Shown here piece by piece: positions 24,948 to 32,000 of a DNA stretch of 32,000 nucleotides (positions within the stretch are counted from its first letter, which is position 1; each line of letters opens with the position of its first letter). The notes beneath the pieces are model-generated. The model was not told where the DNA came from. It did not search any database and worked only from the letters and a program-made list of their open reading frames with translations. Source of the DNA: Halogeometricum borinquense DSM 11551. GTDB lineage: Archaea > Halobacteriota > Halobacteria > Halobacteriales > Haloferacaceae. Position numbers and translations under genes: made by a program. The DNA lies in NCBI RefSeq assembly GCF_000172995.2, contig NC_014729.1, forward strand, positions 1,740,001 to 1,772,000. Direction: 5' to 3'.

Positions 24948-24987
24948 CGAACAACTTTGCGATAGTGGTCCCAAACGTAACGTAATT

Positions 24988-25146
24988 ATGAGCACACTCG
25001 ACGCTGAGATCGACGCGCTTGCGCGTCGTATCGAACGACAGATCCGACGCAACGAGGCGAGATTAGCCGAGTTACCCGACTTCGACCCAGAATGGCGTCA
25101 GACGGCGTCCTCACTTGTCCCCGACTCCGACGAACTGTTTCTGTGA
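24988..25146 (+). CDS. Candidate 52-aa small helical protein (below ORF-track cutoff)
   Basis: MSTLDAEIDALARRIERQIRRNEARLAELPDFDPEWRQTASSLVPDSDELFL*. GC3 is about 65% and the composition is acidic, like neighbouring genes. It lies between the tail protein and the geranylgeranyl reductase gene. Confidence 0.4.
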   Translation: MSTLDAEIDALARRIERQIRRNEARLAELPDFDPEWRQTASSLVPDSDELFL

Positions 25147-25297
25147 CGATGGCCCTCGATTCTGCGATGACTGCTCTCGAACCAATCTGAGCGTTCGGCG
25201 CGTCGGTATCCCGACCGCGATTGCGTCTCCAGTCAGACTGTCCCACCCGTCAAACAACAAATAAAGAGTTTTCCGCTCGCCCGCGAGACTCCGAACA

Positions 25298-26671
25298 ATG
25301 ACTACCACCCACGAGTACGACGTCGTCGTCGTCGGGGCTGGCACGTCCGGGTGCTATGCCGCCGCGACAATCGCCCGTGAGGGTCTCGACGTGGTCATCG
25401 TCGAGCGAAAGACCGCCGACGAGGCAGGTCACATTGCCTGCGGCGACGCCCTGAAAGGTGCCGACGCGTTCCCTGACGCCATTCCGAAATCGCAGATCGA
25501 ACCCGCCTTCACGAACACGGGCGTCGATCACGGTCGATTCGAGATTCCGCAGGAGGACACGGTGTTGGATATCCCCATCCCCGGCGAACTCGCCGTCATC
25601 GACCGCTGGGAGTACGGCCGTCGCCTCATCGACGGTGCGAAGAACGCGGGCGTCGAGTTCCACTACGACACCGTCGTTCAAGACGTGACACAGAACGACG
25701 ACGGCCGCGTGACGGGCGTTCGTGCCAAACAGAACGGTGACGTGGTCGAGTACGAAGCCGACATGACTGTTGACGGTGCCGGGTCGCTCTCGATCCTCCA
25801 AGACAAGACGGACTTCTCGGGGACGACGTTCGATACGAACGTTTCCTACTCGCAGTTCTGTTCGGCCTATCGCGAAATCGTAGAGGTCGAGGAACCGGTC
25901 GAGTGGTCCGACGCCCTCGTGTTCAAGCCCGCCGAAGTCGCCGCCGGCTACATCTGGTACTTCCCGCGCACGGAGACGACCATCAACGCCGGTCTCGGCT
26001 TCCAGATGACCGAGGAACCGATGAAACTCGTCGATGACCTCAAGCGTGACCTTCGGGCGCGACCGGAGTTCAAGAACGCGACGGTCTCGGACAAACTCGG
26101 CGCGGCCCTGCCGACGCGCCGCCCCTACGATTCGGCCGTCGCACCCGGTTTCGTCGCCGTGGGCGACGCCGCAGGCCACGTCAACCCCACTACCGGTGGC
26201 GGCATCGCCGGCGCGGCGTACGCCGGCAAGTACGCTGGCGAGCAGGCCGTCCGCGCCATCAGCGACGGCGACGTGAGCGAGGAGGCGCTGTGGCACTACA
26301 ACGAGCGCGTGATGGATCACTTCGGGGGTCGGTACGCCGGACTCGACATCTACAACATCCTCTCGACCGCGGTTGACGTGGACGAACTGATGGGTCTGAT
26401 GGCCCGTCTGCCGGGCGAGAAACTCGCCGAAGCACTCTACTCCGGGACGACCTCGTTCGGTCCGAAACTCATCGCACAGACGGCCAAGGAATCCTACGGC
26501 TTCTGGAGCGAAATCTACCAGTTCTACAAGACGAAGAACGTCGCAGACGACCTGATGCGTCACTACGAACGGTATCCGCGCCGTCCGGGTGCGCTCGAAG
26601 GTTGGAAGGCCGAGCGTGACCGGATCATGGACCACGCATACGAAGTGACCGGCGCGGATCCAAAGTACTGA
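25298..26671 (+). CDS. Geranylgeranyl reductase family (digeranylgeranylglycerophospholipid reductase)
   Basis: YDVVVVGAGTSGCYAA FAD fold, GDAAGHVNPTTGGGI, and the length typical of haloarchaeal GGR. Confidence 0.85.
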   Translation: MTTTHEYDVVVVGAGTSGCYAAATIAREGLDVVIVERKTADEAGHIACGDALKGADAFPDAIPKSQIEPAFTNTGVDHGRFEIPQEDTVLDIPIPGELAVIDRWEYGRRLIDGAKNAGVEFHYDTVVQDVTQNDDGRVTGVRAKQNGDVVEYEADMTVDGAGSLSILQDKTDFSGTTFDTNVSYSQFCSAYREIVEVEEPVEWSDALVFKPAEVAAGYIWYFPRTETTINAGLGFQMTEEPMKLVDDLKRDLRARPEFKNATVSDKLGAALPTRRPYDSAVAPGFVAVGDAAGHVNPTTGGGIAGAAYAGKYAGEQAVRAISDGDVSEEALWHYNERVMDHFGGRYAGLDIYNILSTAVDVDELMGLMARLPGEKLAEALYSGTTSFGPKLIAQTAKESYGFWSEIYQFYKTKNVADDLMRHYERYPRRPGALEGWKAERDRIMDHAYEVTGADPKY

Positions 26672-26709
26672 AGACGACCGACGAAGCGACCGAACCGCGG
26701 ACGTACCGT

Positions 26710-27981
26710 TTACGGGCGCATTTCCGCGACATCGAGTATCGCGCCGGCTAACACCTCGACGCCGATGCCGATGGAATCTTCGTCTACGTCGAACGTTCGC
26801 GTGTGGTGTCCGCCGGGGTGGTCCGTGCCGACGCCGATGTAGGCGGCGAGTCCGCCGTTGTCTTGTACTTCTTGCATCAGGTAGGTGGCGTCTTCGCTCC
26901 CGCCGAGTACGTCGCGGTCGATGACGGATTCGACGCTCGCGTTCGATTTGGCGACGTCCGAGACGATGGCGACGAGTTCGTCGTCGCTCGTCGCCGACGG
27001 GGCTTTCCCCTCCGTGTTGATCGCCACCTCACAGGCGTGCATCTCGGCGGCAGACCGGATGACACGGCGGGATTTCTCTTCCATGTACTCCATCAGTTCG
27101 GTCGTCTCCCCACGTACCTCGCCGCCGATGGACGCCTCTTCGGGGATGATGTTCGTCGCCGTCCCGCCTTCCACGACGCCCGCGTTCACGCGCGTCGCGC
27201 CGTCTGCATGCCGAGGGATGCTGTAGAGGTTCTGGATAGCTGTCGCCATCGCCTGTATTGCGTTATCTCCCTGCTCCGGGCGTGCGCCCGCGTGTGCCGG
27301 TGCGCCTGTGAACTCGGCTTCGAAGTGCGAAACGGCGAGGAAGCCGTCGATACCCGCGACGATTTCGCCCGAGGGATGATCCAGCCCGATGTGGGCCGCA
27401 AGAAGGTAGTCTACGTCGTCGAGATGCCCCGACTTCGCCATCGATTTGCCGCCTGCGATCTGTTCTTCGCCGGGTTGGAAGAACACCTTCAACGTTCCCT
27501 CGAAGTCACTCTCGGCTATCGCGTCGAGAACGCCTAAGCCGATGGTCGCGTGGGAGTCGTGCCCGCAAGCGTGCATGTACCCCTCGTTTTCCGACCGGAA
27601 CCCGCCCGCGGCAGGCGCGTGGTCGGCGTCTTCGGACTCGGTGATGGGGAGGCCGTCGATGTCAACTCGGAGGCCGACGGTCGGTCCCTCGCCGCGTTCG
27701 AGAACTGCCACGGCACCGGTGTATCCACCTTCGAGTCGTTCGAGGATATCCTCGCGGGCACCGGCGTCGCGGGCGCGTTCGAACCACGTCGTCAGTTTGT
27801 CGCCGTCGGGGACGGCCATCCGGTCGTCCTCGGAGAGAACTTCCGGGCCAACGTAGAGAGCGTCCAAATCGCGTGTTTCCAGTTCGTCTACGAGACGGGC
27901 GGTCGTGTAGAATTCACACCACGCGGGTTCGGGATGCTGATGCAAGTCGCGTCGAAGTTCGACGAGTTCGGAGGACGTCAT
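26710..27981 (-). CDS. M20-family amidohydrolase (N-acyl-amino-acid / hippurate-hydrolase type)
   Basis: LRRDLHQHPE, YMHACGHDSH and GGTATNIIPE motifs. The ATG at 27981 has TTTATG (complement of 28005-28010) 23 nt upstream. The longer form starts at 28053. Confidence 0.85.
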   Translation of the reverse strand: MTSSELVELRRDLHQHPEPAWCEFYTTARLVDELETRDLDALYVGPEVLSEDDRMAVPDGDKLTTWFERARDAGAREDILERLEGGYTGAVAVLERGEGPTVGLRVDIDGLPITESEDADHAPAAGGFRSENEGYMHACGHDSHATIGLGVLDAIAESDFEGTLKVFFQPGEEQIAGGKSMAKSGHLDDVDYLLAAHIGLDHPSGEIVAGIDGFLAVSHFEAEFTGAPAHAGARPEQGDNAIQAMATAIQNLYSIPRHADGATRVNAGVVEGGTATNIIPEEASIGGEVRGETTELMEYMEEKSRRVIRSAAEMHACEVAINTEGKAPSATSDDELVAIVSDVAKSNASVESVIDRDVLGGSEDATYLMQEVQDNGGLAAYIGVGTDHPGGHHTRTFDVDEDSIGIGVEVLAGAILDVAEMRP

Positions 27982-28059
27982 ACGCCTCGGTGGTCGTGAA
28001 TCGCCATAAACCTCTGCGAGTGCGTGCAGGGTTGCCGCGATAGGGAAAAACACCAGTTG

Positions 28060-28130
28060 TTGTATATGAAATATATTTCCAATTTGGTTAATGTTTGAAA
28101 CTGACGCGACCGAGAACGGGCAGTTTATAA
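28060..28130. promoter_or_regulatory. AT-rich divergent control region between the M20 hydrolase and NhaC-family genes
   Basis: tgtatatgaaatatatttccaatttggttaatgtttgaaa is the most AT-rich stretch in this part of the window. TTTATAA at 28124-28130 is 25 nt before ATG 28156, and GGAGGTG lies at 28143-28149. Confidence 0.4.
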
Positions 28131-28155
28131 TGAATGAAGCTGGAGGTGCGTGTGA

Positions 28156-29673
28156 ATGTCTGAACTGAGCGATGACCCCGACCTACGGTTTTACGGTGGG
28201 CGTCTTGCGAGTGCTGTCCCGATAGCGTTCTTCATCGTCTGGGCAATCGTCCAGAGTGGATTGCTCGGAGTCGGTGACACAACAGGACTCGTCGTTGGGA
28301 TGCTCGCCGGTCTCATCATCGGGATGCTATTCGTGAAAGGCCCGTGGAAGGACTACGCGGACGTTATCTTCGACGGGATGACCGAACGAGTTGCCGCGAC
28401 AGCTATCGTCGCGTGGTTGTGGGCAGGTATGTTCGCCGAAACCATCCAGGCTGGCGGCTTCGTTGACGGTCTCGTGTGGGCCGCCGACGCCGTCAACGTT
28501 GGTGCGGGACTGTTCCCCGCCCTCACGTTCCTGCTTGCGGCACTGCTCGCAACTGGTATCGGAACGGGATACGGCACTGCAATCGCCTTCACGGCGCTTG
28601 TCTTCCCCGCAGGCGTCGTCCTCGGGTCGAACCCCGTGCTTCTGTTCGGGGCCATTCTTTCGGGTGCCGTCTTCGGTGACAATCTCGCCCCGGTGAGCGA
28701 CACGACCATCGTCTCGGCAGTGACGCAGGACGCCGACATCGGTGGCGTTGTCGCCTCGCGGATAAAATACGCCGTCGTCGCCGCAATCTTCGCCTTCGCG
28801 GCGTACCTCATCGCCGGACGGTCGATGGCCAGCGCACCGTTGGACGTGGGTGGTGTCAGTACCGGCGGGTCCGCGCTCGGACTCGTTCACCTGCTTTCGA
28901 TTGGTATCGTCATCGTCACGGCCGTCGCCGGACGGCACATCATCGAAGCCGTCTCGTGGGGACTCATCACGTCCATGGTCCTCAATATCGGTCTCGACCT
29001 CGCAGACGCCTCGGCGATGCTCGCGTTCAAGGCACCGCAGAATTCGGGCCTCGTCCAGCAAATTGATGCGCTCCCCGTCATCGGTGCGGTAGTCGTCCCG
29101 GTCGAAGCCGGTAACACGGCCGTAGCTGGGAGCCTGTATGCGGGCGCATCGGGTTTCTTCCCGCTCATCGTCCTCGTGCTTCTCATCGTCGCAGGAGCGC
29201 AGGTGATGCAACGCGGCGGCGGATTCGAGGCGATTCAGGACTTCCTGTTGAACAGCGTTGCGACCACGGTTCGTCGCGCCGAGATGACGATGGTTATCGG
29301 CACGGCCATGGTCAATGCGATGATCACGATCAACACTGCTGCCGAAATCGCTATCGCGCCGTACATCCGCACGCTGGGCCGCCGGTTCAACATTAACGGC
29401 TACCGCCGTGCAAATATCCTCGACGCCAACACCTCCGCACTCGGGTATATCTTCCCGTGGGGCGGCGGGTTGCTGGCAGGATTCACGGCAATGCAACAGT
29501 TGCCCAATGAGTACGAGTGGTTCACGCAGGCGATGGTCGTCAACCCGGCGAGCGTCTGGCCGTACGTGTTCCACGGCTGGTTCCTCGTTGCCGTGTTCAT
29601 CCTCGCCGCGTGGACTGGCTACGGCCGCGAGTACGTTCCTGACCGCGTGAGTGAGGAGGTGAGTCGCGTATGA
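28156..29673 (+). CDS. NhaC-family (Na+/H+ antiporter-like) secondary transporter
   Basis: About 12 TM helices. GDNLAPVSDTTIVSAVTQDADIGG and the overall layout resemble haloarchaeal NhaC-family proteins as I recall them. Confidence 0.75.
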   Translation: MSELSDDPDLRFYGGRLASAVPIAFFIVWAIVQSGLLGVGDTTGLVVGMLAGLIIGMLFVKGPWKDYADVIFDGMTERVAATAIVAWLWAGMFAETIQAGGFVDGLVWAADAVNVGAGLFPALTFLLAALLATGIGTGYGTAIAFTALVFPAGVVLGSNPVLLFGAILSGAVFGDNLAPVSDTTIVSAVTQDADIGGVVASRIKYAVVAAIFAFAAYLIAGRSMASAPLDVGGVSTGGSALGLVHLLSIGIVIVTAVAGRHIIEAVSWGLITSMVLNIGLDLADASAMLAFKAPQNSGLVQQIDALPVIGAVVVPVEAGNTAVAGSLYAGASGFFPLIVLVLLIVAGAQVMQRGGGFEAIQDFLLNSVATTVRRAEMTMVIGTAMVNAMITINTAAEIAIAPYIRTLGRRFNINGYRRANILDANTSALGYIFPWGGGLLAGFTAMQQLPNEYEWFTQAMVVNPASVWPYVFHGWFLVAVFILAAWTGYGREYVPDRVSEEVSRV

Positions 29674-29933
29674 GCCTGTTAGAGCAACTGACCGCCGGTC
29701 TGCGATTCCGCACGACCAAACCGACCTACGACGCGGGCGACGAACTGACCGCGTTCGTGACGGGTGCGAACGGATCGACGCTCCTCGTCCGTGTCGGAGA
29801 CTCGGTCATCGAACTCCCCGACGAAGATCCGTCGCTGGTAGACGGAACGGTGCGATTCGAAGTCGAGTCGTTCGACAAATCGACGCACCGCGGACGCGGT
29901 AAACTGCTCGAAGTCGTCGAAGAACCCGAGTAG
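29670..29933 (+). CDS. Small (87 aa) beta-rich protein, possibly TRAM/OB-like
   Basis: It overlaps the transporter gene by ATGA, with GGAGGTGA 10 nt upstream. GDELTAFVTGANGSTLLVRVGDSVIELPDEDPSLVDGTVRFEVESFD...GRGKLLEV has an alternating beta-strand pattern. Confidence 0.6.
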   Translation: MSLLEQLTAGLRFRTTKPTYDAGDELTAFVTGANGSTLLVRVGDSVIELPDEDPSLVDGTVRFEVESFDKSTHRGRGKLLEVVEEPE

Positions 29934-29961
29934 AGAGAAGAGACGGAAACCCGCCGCGACG

Positions 29962-30294
29962 TTATTTGTTGCGGTGCCCGAGCGGCTTTTTCTGTTCGAC
30001 TTCGATTTCGACGTGGAGACTCTCGGGGAACTCCATGTGGCCTACCTCGCGGGCGATGTGGTCGTTCCCGTGGATTTCGAGTTTCCGCGAGTAGACGGTG
30101 TAGTTCCACGAGGAGAACTCGTCGCCGGGTTCGAGGTTGCGGTACTGCGGGACGGTGTGTTGCTCCGGCGGTGACGCGTGCGGTCCTTTGCACTCTGCAC
30201 CTTTCCGTTCGAGCATCTCTTGCAGGTCTGATACCTGTTCTTCCAGTTCGTACCGGTTGCCGCTCTGGAAGGTGAGCTTAGTGACGAAGGTCAT
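29962..30294 (-). CDS. Ribosomal protein uS10-like paralogue (110 aa), outside any ribosomal operon
   Basis: MTFVTKLTFQSGNRYELEEQVSDLQEMLERKGAECKGPHASPPEQHTVPQYRN...YSRKLEIHGNDHIAREVGHMEFPESLHVEIEV aligns by eye with the S10 fold pattern (beta-alpha-beta, loop, H-KR-L-I, V-x-V-x-I-x-V). The ATG at 30294 is preferred over the longer ORF. TTTTAC lies 31 nt upstream. Confidence 0.65.
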   Translation of the reverse strand: MTFVTKLTFQSGNRYELEEQVSDLQEMLERKGAECKGPHASPPEQHTVPQYRNLEPGDEFSSWNYTVYSRKLEIHGNDHIAREVGHMEFPESLHVEIEVEQKKPLGHRNK

Positions 30295-30468
30295 GGCTGG
30301 CGTTAGCCATAGGTGGACTGCAAAGCGTAAAAGCGCACCTACACGGTCGTCCCGTGCGGCGCACTCACGAACGCCCACTTCGCTGTCGCTGAGCGTGTCG
30401 GTGAGTGGAAGAATACCTACCCACATCCACCGATAGCCTCTTAAAACCCGACACATTTACGTACAGTA

Positions 30469-30930
30469 ATGCCAGTGCAAGCGGTGAGCGCTGGAGCCAT
30501 CCTCTTCCGCGACACCCGCGGCCGAAGGGAGTATTTGCTCCTGAAAAGCCGACCAGGGGACTGGGAGTTCCCCAAAGGCGGGGTCGAAGGGAAAGAGGAG
30601 CTTCAGCAGACTGCCATACGTGAAGTCAAAGAGGAGGCGGGAATCCAAGAATTCCGTCTCGTCGATGGCTTCCGCGAAGATTACGACTACGTATTCGAAG
30701 CGAACGGTAAAACAATCCACAAGACGGTACACCTGTTCATCGCCCGGTCGTTCGAGGCGAGTGCCGAACTCTCCACCGAACACCGGGACCTTCAGTGGCG
30801 CGACTACGAGCAGGCTCTCAACACCATCACGCAGGACGGCCCGCGTGACATCCTGAAGAAGGCACACACCTATCTCGAAGACGTTGCCACCGAGGACGAA
30901 GAAGACGGGACCCGACAGTACCTCGCCTGA
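30469..30930 (+). CDS. Nudix hydrolase (Ap4A-hydrolase/RppH-like size class)
   Basis: Nudix box GGVEGKEELQQTAIREVKEEAGI. TTAAAA at 30441-30446 is 22 nt before the ATG. Confidence 0.85.
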   Translation: MPVQAVSAGAILFRDTRGRREYLLLKSRPGDWEFPKGGVEGKEELQQTAIREVKEEAGIQEFRLVDGFREDYDYVFEANGKTIHKTVHLFIARSFEASAELSTEHRDLQWRDYEQALNTITQDGPRDILKKAHTYLEDVATEDEEDGTRQYLA

Positions 30931-31049
30931 CTGAGAGCCGTCCCGCGGGTATTCTGACACGTTCGGCCTGCCGTGAGAGTGACGTTGTGCCGCGTGACGA
31001 CGCGGTGTGAGTACTGTGCTGAACAACCCCGCGTGAGCGATGCCGCCGT

Positions 31050-31065
31050 TCGTCGGATCCGACGA
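31050..31065. repeat. Perfect 16-bp palindrome TCGTCGGATCCGACGA
   Basis: Self-complementarity was verified base by base. It lies in a 290-nt region with no plausible ORF. Confidence 0.9.
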
Positions 31066-31222
31066 CCGCCGTCGAATCCGATACCGGTGTTGTATATCGA
31101 ACGAGCAGAACACGTCTAAGTGTCGGCTTCACCCTTCGGGGTCTCGCCTTGGTTATCTGTAGCCGTGGCGACCTACACGCGAACCCGAAATCGACTTCTC
31201 CCCGCAGATTCGACCGACGGAC

Positions 31223-32000
31223 GTGTATCCCGGAGACGCCGAGTTCGGCTTCGAGTTGCTTGTCTGTCGGTGGGCCGAGGCGGCATGGCCACCGGGCGAG
31301 TCGAGCGACGCCGTTGCGCGTGGGTCGGCGGACAGTCGGACGGCGTCCGAGGACGACGTTGAACACGGTTCGACGGGCAACTGGGTGAAATCCAGTGATG
31401 CCGTTCTCGTCGCGCGGCAACTCGGTACCAAGCGACGACGCTGGGACACCATCGTCATCGAGTGCGACCCTGCCGGACTCGCCGCGCGCGCGCAGTTCGG
31501 GGAACGCGAACTTGATTCGGACCTCCTGCACATCGTTCGCAACGCACCTGCGGAGTGGGCATGGTATCGGGACGCCCTGCCGTATCCGGGGTATCCGTGG
31601 CGCTACGTGCGTGCGGCCGTCCACCGCGCCGCCGGACGCGGCGTCGTTGAGAAACGTCGCAAGGGGAACCGCATCGAAATCCGCCGAATCGCGCCCTATC
31701 CCGATTGGGTACGGCGCATCGTCGCCATCGAGAACAAGCCGGACTTGGACGCATCCGCGGCGCGCGCCCTCTCGGGCCAACTGACGCGCGACGTGGAGAC
31801 GGCGCTCGCCGACGAAGTGTGGGTAGCGACGCACGCAACGGACAATCGCGTCGAACCCGCGCTCCTCGAAGATGTCCCCGTCGAAGTCGGTATCCTCGCG
31901 TTCTCGTTCGACGCAAGCGCCCCCGGCGACGAGTGGGCCGATGCGACGGTTGAGTGGCACCCGAGCGACGTAACGCCCGCCGACGCCGAAGCAGACGAGG
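31223..32000 (+). CDS. Conserved-looking hypothetical protein, partial (continues off the right edge); central winged-helix-like segment
   Basis: Not in the ORF track. The frame is open from the TAG at 31160-31162 to the window end. It reads (GTG)YPGDAEFGFELLVCRWAEAAWPPGE...VLVARQLGTKRRRWDTIVIECDP...RYVRAAVHRAAGRGVVEKRRKGNRIEIRRI...RRIVAIENKPDLD...VWVATH...ILAFSFD. GC3 is high and the composition acidic. No in-frame ATG exists, so GTG 31223 or TTG 31256 is the likely start. Confidence 0.6.
   Translation, partial: MYPGDAEFGFELLVCRWAEAAWPPGESSDAVARGSADSRTASEDDVEHGSTGNWVKSSDAVLVARQLGTKRRRWDTIVIECDPAGLAARAQFGERELDSDLLHIVRNAPAEWAWYRDALPYPGYPWRYVRAAVHRAAGRGVVEKRRKGNRIEIRRIAPYPDWVRRIVAIENKPDLDASAARALSGQLTRDVETALADEVWVATHATDNRVEPALLEDVPVEVGILAFSFDASAPGDEWADATVEWHPSDVTPADAEADE

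Overview
A high-GC (about 60-65%) chromosomal segment whose predicted proteins are strongly acidic. It has a Tat/lipobox lipoprotein and a phosphomevalonate-decarboxylase-type mevalonate gene, so it is almost certainly from a haloarchaeon (class Halobacteria). I support about 35 protein-coding genes, two of which run off the window ends and are missing from the ORF track.

Gene content is mostly housekeeping, envelope or transport:
- a stand-alone heme-copper oxidase subunit I, a BtpA-family protein, type-II NADH dehydrogenase and phosphomevalonate decarboxylase
- SRPBCC and flavin-reductase proteins
- a wHTH / Cys-protein / DICT-sensor trio
- a translationally coupled surface-protein + MMPL/RND exporter + TrmB module
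- IMPase, acylphosphatase and GlmM
- a BMP-family (nucleoside-type) ABC transporter operon
- geranylgeranyl reductase
- an M20 amidohydrolase divergent from an NhaC-family transporter
- a ribosomal-protein-S10 paralogue divergent from a Nudix hydrolase

I found no rRNA, tRNA, CRISPR array, transposase, integrase or recognisable defence gene. There is no compositional island. I therefore cannot point to a clear-cut novel system.

The best candidates for a second look are:
- the uncharacterised COG1361-like / MMPL / TrmB envelope module (9.8-15.3 kb)
- two convergent-gene junctions built entirely from short tandem repeats that share sequence blocks
- a shared 19-nt element behind two adjacent genes
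- the S10 paralogue / Nudix pair
- two sub-threshold small ORFs with well-placed TATA boxes
- a 290-nt untranslated stretch containing a perfect 16-bp palindrome

All family calls come from motif recognition by eye. No searches were run.
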